DNA of 64,000 nt from positions 1-64,000 of IMG/VR virus record IMGVR_UViG_3300033148_004385, one strand, 5' to 3'. Below the pieces are notes generated by a model that did no database searches, was not told the DNA's origin, and saw nothing but the letters and a program-made list of their open reading frames with translations. Of the stretch, positions 20,663-29,296 are shown piece after piece; the first letter of the stretch is position 1, and each line of letters begins with the position of its first letter. This DNA is from an uncultured virus (IMG/VR IMGVR_UViG_3300033148_004385) (Duplodnaviria > Heunggongvirae > Uroviricota > Caudoviricetes). Made by a program: the position numbers and the translations under genes.

Positions 20663-21277
20663 ATGGCTAATGATGTAGCACCATTTTTAATAAAAAAAAT
20701 AAAATATCTTTTCATTCATTGTACTGCTGAAAGTATGAATCCAAATGCAAGTAATTTTGATGCTGATGTATCACATTGGGATAAATTACATAGAAGTGAA
20801 GACTTTAAATTTAGACCCGTTTGTGTAGATGGTAAAAAGATGTATTTTGGATATCATTATTTAATTCATAAAGATGGTACAATCGAAAAAGGTCGACCTG
20901 ATACGGATGCTGGTCAACAAACATCTGGATTTAATCAATATTCATTGGGTATTGCTATTTCTGGAAATGGCAAAGGGAAATTAAAAAATAACCGTAAAGA
21001 TTTTTGGGATGCACCAAATGGTGTACATGATGTTGCAACTACACAACAAGTTACAGCATTAAAACAGTTAATTAAAAAGTTAATAGCAGAACACGGGTTA
21101 TCAATAAATGATGTAAGAGCGCACCATGATTCTTATAAAATGTTGGGTAAAGAAAAGATGAAAAAAACGTGTCCTACTTTCTCTGTTAGAAAATTTATGA
21201 CAGGTGAATTTTTAACCGGAAACCCTGCTGATGGTGAATATTATGAATATGAATATAATAGTGTTGGAACTAAATAA
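20663..21277 (+). CDS. N-acetylmuramoyl-L-alanine amidase (Amidase_2, T7 lysozyme-like)
   Basis: IHCTA, GYHYLIHKDGTIEKGRP, N..SLGI, AHHD, KTCP. Confidence 0.88.
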   Translation: MANDVAPFLIKKIKYLFIHCTAESMNPNASNFDADVSHWDKLHRSEDFKFRPVCVDGKKMYFGYHYLIHKDGTIEKGRPDTDAGQQTSGFNQYSLGIAISGNGKGKLKNNRKDFWDAPNGVHDVATTQQVTALKQLIKKLIAEHGLSINDVRAHHDSYKMLGKEKMKKTCPTFSVRKFMTGEFLTGNPADGEYYEYEYNSVGTK

Positions 21278-21873
21278 TGAAGATACCTTATAGCTCTGAT
21301 TTTGAAATAGCAATGCATGTTGTGAAATCTATTTTGAAAAATTTAGTTGAATATGAAACAGATGGTATTTATAAAAATGTTGAAGTTGTTTTAGATAATC
21401 AAAGTAAAACAGTTAATGATATTTTATATAACCTTAATAGAACTAAAAAAGGTAACTTTGAATTATCCAGCATATTACCTATTTGTAGTTTGAAATTAAC
21501 TGAAATATCACCAATACCAGAGTTTAAATTCCAAAAAAACTTGAAAGTTAATAGACAATATACACCTATTATAACAAAATTAAGGTTTAATGGAACTTAT
21601 TGGTCGGAAAGCTTTAGAACTATATTGAATATATATCAGCAATTAATTACAACTTTCGATATTGATTATAATGTTAATGTTAATTATGAAAATGAAACAG
21701 TACAAACACATATAGGAATGCCAACAAAAACTTTGCAACTTAAGGAAGAAATGAGTGAAGATGATATTGTATATCACAAAATTGAATTTGAATTAACTAT
21801 ATCACCAATCTTTGTATATAAACACAAAGCAGATTATAAACAAATCGATATCACAGTTAGATATTTAAATTAG
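21277..21873 (+). CDS. Possible tail sheath stabiliser/terminator (gp15-like)
   Basis: Size, ILP.CSL and QQL..TF segments, tail context. Confidence 0.4.
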   Translation: MKIPYSSDFEIAMHVVKSILKNLVEYETDGIYKNVEVVLDNQSKTVNDILYNLNRTKKGNFELSSILPICSLKLTEISPIPEFKFQKNLKVNRQYTPIITKLRFNGTYWSESFRTILNIYQQLITTFDIDYNVNVNYENETVQTHIGMPTKTLQLKEEMSEDDIVYHKIEFELTISPIFVYKHKADYKQIDITVRYLN

Positions 21874-22409
21874 TAATATTCATTCACATCTGTAAATTTA
21901 AAAGTAACATCAAAAGAACCTATTTCACCTTCTTCAGTACCAAGAACCAAATCACCAATACTACTAGGATATATTCCTATAAATTCAGTCTCAAATAAAA
22001 CATCCCTATCTTCATTATTTGCCTTTAAATAATTAATAATGACACCCTGATATGTGCTTGGTAGATTTAGTAGACCAACAACAGTTTTTGAGGGTTTAAC
22101 AGCATATCTTAACTTGTGCCAATCTTTAAACATTTTAAATATTAATAACTCACTATCACACAAAACATTGATTGTAAAGTTATCAACATCCATTCCAGAT
22201 TTAACAATATATTGTGCATCACCTGTATATGTAAAATCCACAAATTCTGAAGAAACAGAAGGCAATGATGTATTTTTAAAATATATACTGTTGTCATTTA
22301 ATTGTGGTAAAATATTAGAATATTTATCTGTTATAAAAGATGGTGCTTCAAGGTAGAATTCCCAGTTAAAATTTATATAAAAATCATTTACTGTGTAGCT
22401 ATGTTTCAT
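21870..22409 (-). CDS. Tail tube / tube-initiator family protein (gp19/gp54-like)
   Basis: TSLPS, FKDW, GIYPSSIGDL, FDVTFKF. Confidence 0.75.
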   Translation of the reverse strand: MKHSYTVNDFYINFNWEFYLEAPSFITDKYSNILPQLNDNSIYFKNTSLPSVSSEFVDFTYTGDAQYIVKSGMDVDNFTINVLCDSELLIFKMFKDWHKLRYAVKPSKTVVGLLNLPSTYQGVIINYLKANNEDRDVLFETEFIGIYPSSIGDLVLGTEEGEIGSFDVTFKFTDVNEYY

Positions 22410-22426
22410 TTCAATACCAAAATAAT

Positions 22427-22441
22427 TATAAATATATTTAT
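22427..22441. promoter_or_regulatory. T4-like late promoter motif between divergent tail genes
   Basis: TATAAATATATTTAT. Confidence 0.55.
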
Positions 22442-22459
22442 TAATAAATAAGGTTTTTA

Positions 22460-23470
22460 ATGAAAACTAAAAAGATAACAACAATATATTACGATAAGTT
22501 TAACTTAACACCTTATCTAATTTCAGGAAACTTTCATGAATCTTTAAGTTCTTACTTGTTAAGTGGTAATTTAATTATATCAAAACAGAAAGAATTCCAC
22601 AAAATGCAACTTGATATAAGAGATATTTTAACAATAAATTTTAAGGCTGATGATGATACAATTGTTGTAAGAAATTTTGTTGTTACTAAAACAGAGATAA
22701 GAGAAGCAACACAGCAAAATGATATATATCGACAAGTATATATTATACATTTAATTGATGCTGATGTATTTAGTTTAACTTATCGTTCCAAGTGTGTTTT
22801 TTTGCCATCAAATTACACTCATAATCACATAACTAATTTATTAATAGAAAATAGGATTAAGAAGTTCACAACAGGAAATATTAAAAATAAAGTAACACCA
22901 TATGAATTTTTAACACCATTAAAACCACATTCTTTAACCATCAATTTTTTAATTAATAAAGAAGTTTCACTATTAGTATATCAAACACTTTCAGGAAATA
23001 AAATTCTTATTGATGATTTATCAAATTTATTCACAAAAAAAGAAATTGAAATTATAAATATACAGAAAGATAAATATAATGTTGTTAATATTGCCAATTA
23101 TGATTTTTATGAATTATATCAAAATGGAACTTTTGGTTATATTACTACAAACTATAATATTAAAAATTCTGAAACTACATATGATTTAATTGAAACAATT
23201 GATGAAATTGAAGTAAAAACACCGCCTTTATATAAACAAAAAATACAAAGATTTGCTTTTTTAAATACTAATGCAATTAAAATAAATTTACCAGCAAATG
23301 TAGATTATAAAGTTGGGGAAATAGTTAAAGTAGTAAATAATAATGAATCCCTGTATGATGGTAAATATCTAATATTTAAAATTGAGCATTTATTAGATAA
23401 TAAAGGTAATTGGATGCAAACAATTATATTAAGTAATCTTGACAATATAACAAAAGATTTAAGGGGATAA
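22460..23470 (+). CDS. Putative baseplate hub protein (gp27-like)
   Basis: FHESL..YLLSG N-terminus, VGEIV...YDGKYLIFKIEH C-terminus. Confidence 0.6.
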   Translation: MKTKKITTIYYDKFNLTPYLISGNFHESLSSYLLSGNLIISKQKEFHKMQLDIRDILTINFKADDDTIVVRNFVVTKTEIREATQQNDIYRQVYIIHLIDADVFSLTYRSKCVFLPSNYTHNHITNLLIENRIKKFTTGNIKNKVTPYEFLTPLKPHSLTINFLINKEVSLLVYQTLSGNKILIDDLSNLFTKKEIEIINIQKDKYNVVNIANYDFYELYQNGTFGYITTNYNIKNSETTYDLIETIDEIEVKTPPLYKQKIQRFAFLNTNAIKINLPANVDYKVGEIVKVVNNNESLYDGKYLIFKIEHLLDNKGNWMQTIILSNLDNITKDLRG

Positions 23471-23471
23471 A

Positions 23472-24212
23472 ATGAGTTTAAATTATTATGATTTTTTAGA
23501 TGTTGTTACTATAGATGGTTATAATCTACCTGATGTTTTTAAAAACAAAAGACTATATATAGAAAATAACCAAATAATTGAGAAATTTATAAATATTAAT
23601 TCAAGGGAAAGGATAGACAATATATCCAGCCAAAATTTTGATGATGAATTATTATACTGGTTAGTTTTATTGTTGAATAATGATACTATAGATAACCCTT
23701 TAATTTTAAATCTTTCCAACTCTGATAAATATAAATCTTTAGTTAAAACTCTTATATATAATCCTGTTAGATTTATTAGAGATTTTGTAGTTAAAAAAAA
23801 TAGATTATTACTTAATTACTTATATCAGTTACAAAATGATTCTGAAGTATCTTTTACAGATGCTTATACAGAGGATTATATTAAAACAGCTTTTACAGCA
23901 GTGGAACATTTAAATGATTTTTTAATATCTAATTTACCATATAAGTCTGAAGTTGATATAGATACTGATATTGAAGATGGTGTAAATGGATTAGATAATT
24001 ATAGAAAGTTAATTTATTATATATTAAACACATATAATATACCACAAAACCTTGTATTATTCGATTCAGGCACACTTAACCACGAAAGTAATGCAAACAT
24101 ACAGGTAACACCCAGTTTCAGCCTACAATCAGACATTAACCTTGAAAATGATGTTGATTATATTAAGTTTTATATGATGTTTTTAGTTTATTGGTCTATT
24201 ATAAATACTTAG
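23472..24212 (+). CDS. gp53: Baseplate wedge subunit (gp53-like)
   Basis: ERIDNIS...LYWLVLLLN..IDNP LysM-like motif. Confidence 0.65.
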   Translation: MSLNYYDFLDVVTIDGYNLPDVFKNKRLYIENNQIIEKFININSRERIDNISSQNFDDELLYWLVLLLNNDTIDNPLILNLSNSDKYKSLVKTLIYNPVRFIRDFVVKKNRLLLNYLYQLQNDSEVSFTDAYTEDYIKTAFTAVEHLNDFLISNLPYKSEVDIDTDIEDGVNGLDNYRKLIYYILNTYNIPQNLVLFDSGTLNHESNANIQVTPSFSLQSDINLENDVDYIKFYMMFLVYWSIINT

Positions 24213-24251
24213 CTTACCTGTAAGTATTCATATGATTACTACAATATTAAC

Positions 24252-24279
24252 TTGACAAATCCTGAAAACATATTATAAT
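24252..24279 (+). promoter_or_regulatory. sigma70-type promoter of the tnpA/tnpB unit
   Basis: TTGACA-16 nt-TATAAT followed by GGAGG RBS. Confidence 0.65.
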
Positions 24280-24297
24280 TATAATATTGGAGGTTTT

Positions 24298-24425
24298 ATG
24301 CAGCAAATAAGAATATCAAAATTAGCTAAAGACTTAGGAATAACTAAGCAAACTCTTTGGGTTTGGAAGAGAGAAGGAAAAATCGAAAAACAGAAGAATT
24401 AATTAAGGTGTTATCCGAAAAATGA
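24298..24425 (+). pseudogene. tnpA: IS607-type TnpA (serine recombinase) remnant
   Basis: MerR-like HTH MQQIRISKLAKDLGITKQTLWVWKREGKI joined out of frame to RKTEELIKVLSEK*, whose TGA overlaps the tnpB ATG. Confidence 0.7.
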
Positions 24426-26041
24426 TTAAAAATAAACAGGTATTATCTAAATTTTTATATATTGATAATCTAAATGATAAAAAATATCAAGAGATTTATC
24501 AAAAAGCAAAAGATATAAACTTGTTTAAAAATAAAATTTCTAAATTAATTCAAGAAGATATTATTATACATAGTAATATGAGTAAATTCGATTTTATTAA
24601 AAAATACACAAAAGGAAAAATCAATAATCTTACAGGAAAAGACAAAGAGTGGGCAGTTACTGAAGTTATGACAACTTATCAAAATAGTTTTAAAAGCGTA
24701 AAAACTAACTTAAGCTTTAAAATACAAAAGTCAATAAATATTAAATATTATAAAAAAAATACTTCATTTCATAAGAAAAATGATTTAAAATCTTTTGAAC
24801 TGAAATATAAAACAACAAGATTAACAAAAACCTTGTCTTTTCTATCTAAATATGGATATGAAGAGATAGAAAGATATTTAAATAATAAAATAAAAGAAGA
24901 TGATTTCAAGAATGAAAGTATAAAAATATTTTACATTCAAGTACTTGATACTATTAATAAGTTTAGCTTAAATAGATTATTAAAACTAGCTTTATCTAAA
25001 AGAAATAGATTATTGAAAACAATAATAGTACACAATTTCAAATCATTATCTTTTAAATCTCAAAGTAGGATAAAAATAAATATTATCAATGATAATAAAA
25101 ATAATAAATCTAAAGTAAATGGATTTATATCTGTTGGTGGATATGATAATTATAAAAAAGGTTTACATGTTCCAGTAAAAATATCTAATAAATATCATGG
25201 AAATAAAAAAGAATTTTCTAAAATTTATACTATTCATTTTAATGGTAAAAAAATAGAAAGAATTATCCTTTCAAAGAAAGGAATTGAAGAAATTCCTACT
25301 AATAATTTTAATTTTCTAGGAATAGATGTTAATATTAAACATAATTTATTTTCTACATCAGGTGGTTTCACAATAGATTATGATAGAGACTTGATGAGTA
25401 GATATACTGAATTCTTAAAAAAAATAGATAATAGAAAATCTAAGGCATTGTCAGTAAAACGAAGAAAGAAATATGATAGATGGTTACTTGTTATTCAAAA
25501 TATGATTATTGAAAAATCAGTAGAATTAATCAAAAAAGCTAAGTCCAAAGGCTTTAATCATTTAGTTCTTGAAGATTTAGATTTAATATCAAAATTAAGA
25601 AGTAATAATAAAGAATTTAATATTAATAATGGCAGACTGATAAGATTACTAAATTTAAGTTCTTTAAAAACAAAAATAAGAAAAATAGCTCACAAACATA
25701 ATGTAAATGTTTCTTATATTCATCCGGAATATACATCTCAGGGATGTAATTCTTGTGGAAATATAGATTCTAATAATAGAAAAGAGCAAGAAGTTTTCAA
25801 ATGTACAAAATGTAATAAAACTTTAAATGCTGATTATAATTCATCCATTAATATTAAAGAAAGAATAACTTTAGATGTTCTAAATAAAAAACTTCTTGAA
25901 TTTAATGGATATGAATGGAATTGTAAAAAGAATTTAAAACATTCTGCAGTAAAGAAAATTATAACAGATTTTTTTGAAAGTGGAAAAGAGGGTCATATAA
26001 TAAGGAAGACTTGGGAACCTTCCAGGTTCTTACAAGTTTAG
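24422..26041 (+). CDS. tnpB: RNA-guided endonuclease TnpB
   Basis: RuvC-I GIDVN, RuvC-II VLEDL, YTSQGCNSCG...CTKC Zn finger, RuvC-III NADYNSSINI. Confidence 0.92.
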   Translation: MIKNKQVLSKFLYIDNLNDKKYQEIYQKAKDINLFKNKISKLIQEDIIIHSNMSKFDFIKKYTKGKINNLTGKDKEWAVTEVMTTYQNSFKSVKTNLSFKIQKSINIKYYKKNTSFHKKNDLKSFELKYKTTRLTKTLSFLSKYGYEEIERYLNNKIKEDDFKNESIKIFYIQVLDTINKFSLNRLLKLALSKRNRLLKTIIVHNFKSLSFKSQSRIKINIINDNKNNKSKVNGFISVGGYDNYKKGLHVPVKISNKYHGNKKEFSKIYTIHFNGKKIERIILSKKGIEEIPTNNFNFLGIDVNIKHNLFSTSGGFTIDYDRDLMSRYTEFLKKIDNRKSKALSVKRRKKYDRWLLVIQNMIIEKSVELIKKAKSKGFNHLVLEDLDLISKLRSNNKEFNINNGRLIRLLNLSSLKTKIRKIAHKHNVNVSYIHPEYTSQGCNSCGNIDSNNRKEQEVFKCTKCNKTLNADYNSSINIKERITLDVLNKKLLEFNGYEWNCKKNLKHSAVKKIITDFFESGKEGHIIRKTWEPSRFLQV

Positions 26042-26080
26042 TATGACTCTGAAGTTTAACCTAAAAGTATTTTAACATTT
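25989..26080 (+). ncRNA. Candidate TnpB omega/reRNA 3' scaffold plus flank-derived guide
   Basis: Nested stems AGGGTCATA/TATGACTCT, GACTTG/CAAGTT, GGAACC/GGTTCT at the tnpB 3' end; true 5' extent unknown. Confidence 0.5.
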
Positions 26081-26175
26081 TCTTTGTTTCCACACCCACA
26101 TTCATAAACAGTTTTGTTTTCGTTTAAAAACATTGTTTTACCACATTTATTACATTTACTTTTTTTCTCATTCAT
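26056..26175 (-). CDS. Small Zn-ribbon protein (39 aa, not in ORF track)
   Basis: GGAG RBS; MNEKKSKCNKCGKTMFLNENKTVYECGCGNKENVKILLG*. Confidence 0.6.
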   Translation of the reverse strand: MNEKKSKCNKCGKTMFLNENKTVYECGCGNKENVKILLG

Positions 26176-26288
26176 TTTATCACTCCAATTAAAAAATATA
26201 TATAATAATATTTATATAATTTAATTATATAAATATTACCCCCAAATGTGAAATAATTGTGAAAAGTGGATATTTTTTAAAATAAGTC

Positions 26289-26317
26289 TTGACAAATCAA
26301 GAAAAGTAATGTATATT
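26289..26317 (+). promoter_or_regulatory. sigma70-type early promoter
   Basis: TTGACAAATCAAGAAAA spacer (17 nt) then TATATT. Confidence 0.7.
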
Positions 26318-26388
26318 AAAACATAGCAAGCACGGGATACCCTGACCGCTGCCAGCTTTCACTTAAGGGTATATGACTGGGAGGTCTT

Positions 26389-26910
26389 ATGAGTACTACA
26401 TTAACAATCACACAAGAAAAGAAAGAAATCACCATTACTGTAAAAGGTTACTTTAATGGTGACACATCAAATAATGCTGTTATGGCTTTACACCTAACAG
26501 GCTTTAAAACAGTTGGTTTTAATTACAAAGGTGATGAAATAGTAACAGATGGGATTAAAAATTATAAAATTGAAAATCAGTGGAGCAACCATTATCAATA
26601 TGAAATGGAAATAACATTGGTTGAAACAAAGAATCAAATCAAAAAGTACTATGAAAGTGACAAAATGGACTTAGAACATGAAAACATGAAAGAAATTGTA
26701 GAAATGGCAAAAATAGGGTTGAAGATTGAATCAGTTCTTACAAAAAAACAACATGAAAACTTAGGTTTTTATACAAATACAACTCTTTGTGTATGGGATA
26801 ATGAGAAAAAATTGTATATTGATACTAAAAAAACTGATTTAAAATCACACTACTCAAAATTATTAAATATGAAAAAACATGGTTTACTAAAAACTGTTAT
26901 TAATTACTAA
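26389..26910 (+). CDS. Hypothetical early protein
   Basis: GGGAGG RBS, own promoter and terminator. Confidence 0.75.
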   Translation: MSTTLTITQEKKEITITVKGYFNGDTSNNAVMALHLTGFKTVGFNYKGDEIVTDGIKNYKIENQWSNHYQYEMEITLVETKNQIKKYYESDKMDLEHENMKEIVEMAKIGLKIESVLTKKQHENLGFYTNTTLCVWDNEKKLYIDTKKTDLKSHYSKLLNMKKHGLLKTVINY

Positions 26911-26919
26911 ATCAAATTC

Positions 26920-26943
26920 AAGCCCCTTAAATGGGGCTTTTCT
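26920..26943 (+). terminator. Rho-independent terminator
   Basis: AAGCCCC-TTAAAT-GGGGCTT then TTCT. Confidence 0.7.
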
Positions 26944-26955
26944 AAAAAAAAATAA

Positions 26956-27330
26956 ATGGAGGGTAAAATGAAGATTAAAGAATTATTTGCAATAAAAGAT
27001 AATTGCAAGAAAATAACATTTTCACACATGGCCTTAAATGGTTCTATATATAGAACCATTGTGCTTAATGATGGGAAATATTACATGGAGGAATCATATA
27101 TTGGTGGACCTGCTAATTTTCAAGATTATAGAGGTAGTGCTGTTGAGGTGGAAATAACTTCTAATGTAGCAGAAGTTATTTTAAAATCACTAGAAAATGA
27201 TGATGATGAATATGATTTTGACTGGTCTTTTTGTTTTGGGGAAGAGTATTGGACGGAAAAAATAAATAAAAAACAAAAGGAAACCATTAATAGTGAAATT
27301 CTTAAAAAATTAAATACTAACGCATATTAA
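26956..27330 (+). CDS. Hypothetical protein
   Basis: 124 aa ORF; the second ATG has a GGAGGG RBS. Confidence 0.65.
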   Translation: MEGKMKIKELFAIKDNCKKITFSHMALNGSIYRTIVLNDGKYYMEESYIGGPANFQDYRGSAVEVEITSNVAEVILKSLENDDDEYDFDWSFCFGEEYWTEKINKKQKETINSEILKKLNTNAY

Positions 27331-27347
27331 TAATAGAGGGAAATAAA

Positions 27348-28202
27348 ATGGAATTATTTATTGCAACAAAAAATAAAGGAAAAATACGTGAATTTGAAAG
27401 AATGCTTAAACCTTTTGGTATTAAAATAAAAACGCTATATGATACAAATCTTGATGACATAGAAGAAACTGGTGTAACTATTTATGAAAATGCATTAATA
27501 AAGGCAAAGGCTGGTTTTGAAACTACCTCTTTATTAACATTGGCTGATGATTCTGGTTTAGAAGTTGATTTCTTAAATGGTGAACCTGGTGTTTATTCTG
27601 CAAGATATGGGGGAACTGGGAAATCAGATAAAGACAGGATTGATTTTTTATTGAAGAATATGGAAGATGCCACAAATGCAAATCAAAGAACCGCTCGTTT
27701 TAAAACATGCCTTGTGTTATATGGGAAAGATGGATTTTTATGTGATTTTAATGGTGAATGGAATGGAGAAATTTTAAAAAGTGCAATTGGCGGAAATGGC
27801 TTTGGTTATGACTCAATATTTTTTGATGTTGAATTACAGAAATCAGCAGCACAATTAACAAATGAAGAAAAATCGTTAGTATCGCATAGGGGTAAAGCTA
27901 TTGGTTTATTTCTTAATAATTTACCTGGAATTATTGAAAAATATGGGGTATTAAGTAATGATATAAAAAAAGAATTATTAAGATTAAGTCGTACTATAAA
28001 TCTTTCAGCACCATTATCACACCCATTGGATTATAACAAAGCAGTGGATGTTTTAAAGGAATTAAAAAATAAAGAATTTTATTTAAACACTAATTTAATT
28101 AAAACATTTTTAATAGAAAATAGGTGGTCAATGAAATCTGCTAAAAGACTTACTGAAATAGCTGAAAAGATACAATGTGGTGAAACACTTAAAAGAACAT
28201 GA
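27348..28202 (+). CDS. rdgB: RdgB/HAM1 non-canonical purine NTP pyrophosphatase with C-terminal extra (DUF1889-like) domain
   Basis: ATKNKGKIRE, ENALIKA, ADDSGL, PGVYSARY, GFGYD, SHRGKA; extra ~85 aa helical tail. Confidence 0.92.
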   Translation: MELFIATKNKGKIREFERMLKPFGIKIKTLYDTNLDDIEETGVTIYENALIKAKAGFETTSLLTLADDSGLEVDFLNGEPGVYSARYGGTGKSDKDRIDFLLKNMEDATNANQRTARFKTCLVLYGKDGFLCDFNGEWNGEILKSAIGGNGFGYDSIFFDVELQKSAAQLTNEEKSLVSHRGKAIGLFLNNLPGIIEKYGVLSNDIKKELLRLSRTINLSAPLSHPLDYNKAVDVLKELKNKEFYLNTNLIKTFLIENRWSMKSAKRLTEIAEKIQCGETLKRT

Positions 28203-28244
28203 AATACAATTATACTTATCTTAATTTACCCAAGGGGGGTTAAA

Positions 28245-28562
28245 ATGTCAAAATTCAAAAAAAATGATAAAATATCATACAAAAATAAACTTGCTATTTT
28301 CATAGAGAATAGGGGAACCAGAACATTAATAAAAATTGTTAATGGGAAATATAAAAATGTCAAAAATAAAGACATAAAAAAAATTGATAAAGATACTGAA
28401 TTGGTTAAATCAGAGATTTATTTCAAAGATGTTATTAATTTCATTTTTGAAAGAAGTGGAAATGAAAATATTCCGTCAGGGTATTCACTACACCGTGGTG
28501 GGTATTCACCTCATGTAGATATGTCGGGGTTATTCCCCAAAACATATTATAAATTAAGATAA
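28245..28562 (+). CDS. Hypothetical protein
   Basis: 105 aa ORF, GGGGGG RBS. Confidence 0.6.
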   Translation: MSKFKKNDKISYKNKLAIFIENRGTRTLIKIVNGKYKNVKNKDIKKIDKDTELVKSEIYFKDVINFIFERSGNENIPSGYSLHRGGYSPHVDMSGLFPKTYYKLR

Positions 28563-28566
28563 GTCA

Positions 28567-28809
28567 TCACACATGTAAAGTTTCACTTCCAATTTTTTCA
28601 AGAATAGTATACCTAATATTATATAAAGTTTCATCCCTAAATGTTTTTGTTTTAATAACATTCCAATTATTAATAATTAAAAAATTCTTTTGTGATGCAA
28701 GATTATTAATATATACAATATCAGATTCTTTTTTATTTTCAGTATTATTTAATATCTCAATTTCTCTTTTTATTATTTTTTTTGCAACTCTTTTTTTCAT
28801 ATTATTCAA
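28567..28809 (-). CDS. Hypothetical protein
   Basis: 80 aa ORF overlapping the upstream stop. Confidence 0.5.
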   Translation of the reverse strand: MNNMKKRVAKKIIKREIEILNNTENKKESDIVYINNLASQKNFLIINNWNVIKTKTFRDETLYNIRYTILEKIGSETLHV

Positions 28810-29278
28810 TCCCTTTTTTTGATAATTTTGCTTGCATTTTAGCTATTTTATCATCAATATCATCATCACTTTTTACAACGGCTTTTTTCCAAGCATCATT
28901 TATTTCTTCCTTTGTGAAATTTGTTTTTAAATCAACGTTGGCTTTTTTTAAAAGCTCGCTTAAATCATCAGTGTTATAGCTGTAAGGTTCTTTTGACTCA
29001 AAAACTTTATCAAAAGCAGCATCTAAACTCTCATCTATAATAGCACTTATTTCGTCACTCATTTTAGATTTTGAATTAAAATTTACATCTGAATAACTTC
29101 TTTTATTCTCATTTCCCACATTTTTTAGCGAAACACTTTTGTTACCTATTAAAATATTATTTTCTAATTTCATTTTAATAATATTTTGATTTCTTAATAT
29201 TTTTATTAAAACAATCCCTAAAACAACTAATGCAATAGCTATTAAAAATAGTGGGTAAAATTGTGTTATGATAAACAT
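28802..29278 (-). CDS. Single-pass membrane protein
   Basis: N-terminal TM helix, AGGAGG RBS. Confidence 0.65.
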   Translation of the reverse strand: MFIITQFYPLFLIAIALVVLGIVLIKILRNQNIIKMKLENNILIGNKSVSLKNVGNENKRSYSDVNFNSKSKMSDEISAIIDESLDAAFDKVFESKEPYSYNTDDLSELLKKANVDLKTNFTKEEINDAWKKAVVKSDDDIDDKIAKMQAKLSKKGIE

Positions 29279-29296
29279 AAACCTCCTATGTTTTTT

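Larger units (their letters stand above)
24217..26061 (+). mobile_element. Non-autonomous IS607-like element (internally deleted tnpA plus intact tnpB)
   Basis: tnpA N- and C-terminal remnants, full tnpB, 3' stem-loop; both junctions carry ACCT (24216-24219 and 26059-26062); boundaries inferred. Confidence 0.7.

Noticed and set aside
24422..26300. TnpB as a Cas12-type effector with a CRISPR array
   Set aside because: No repeat-spacer array nearby; the tnpA remnant indicates an IS context.
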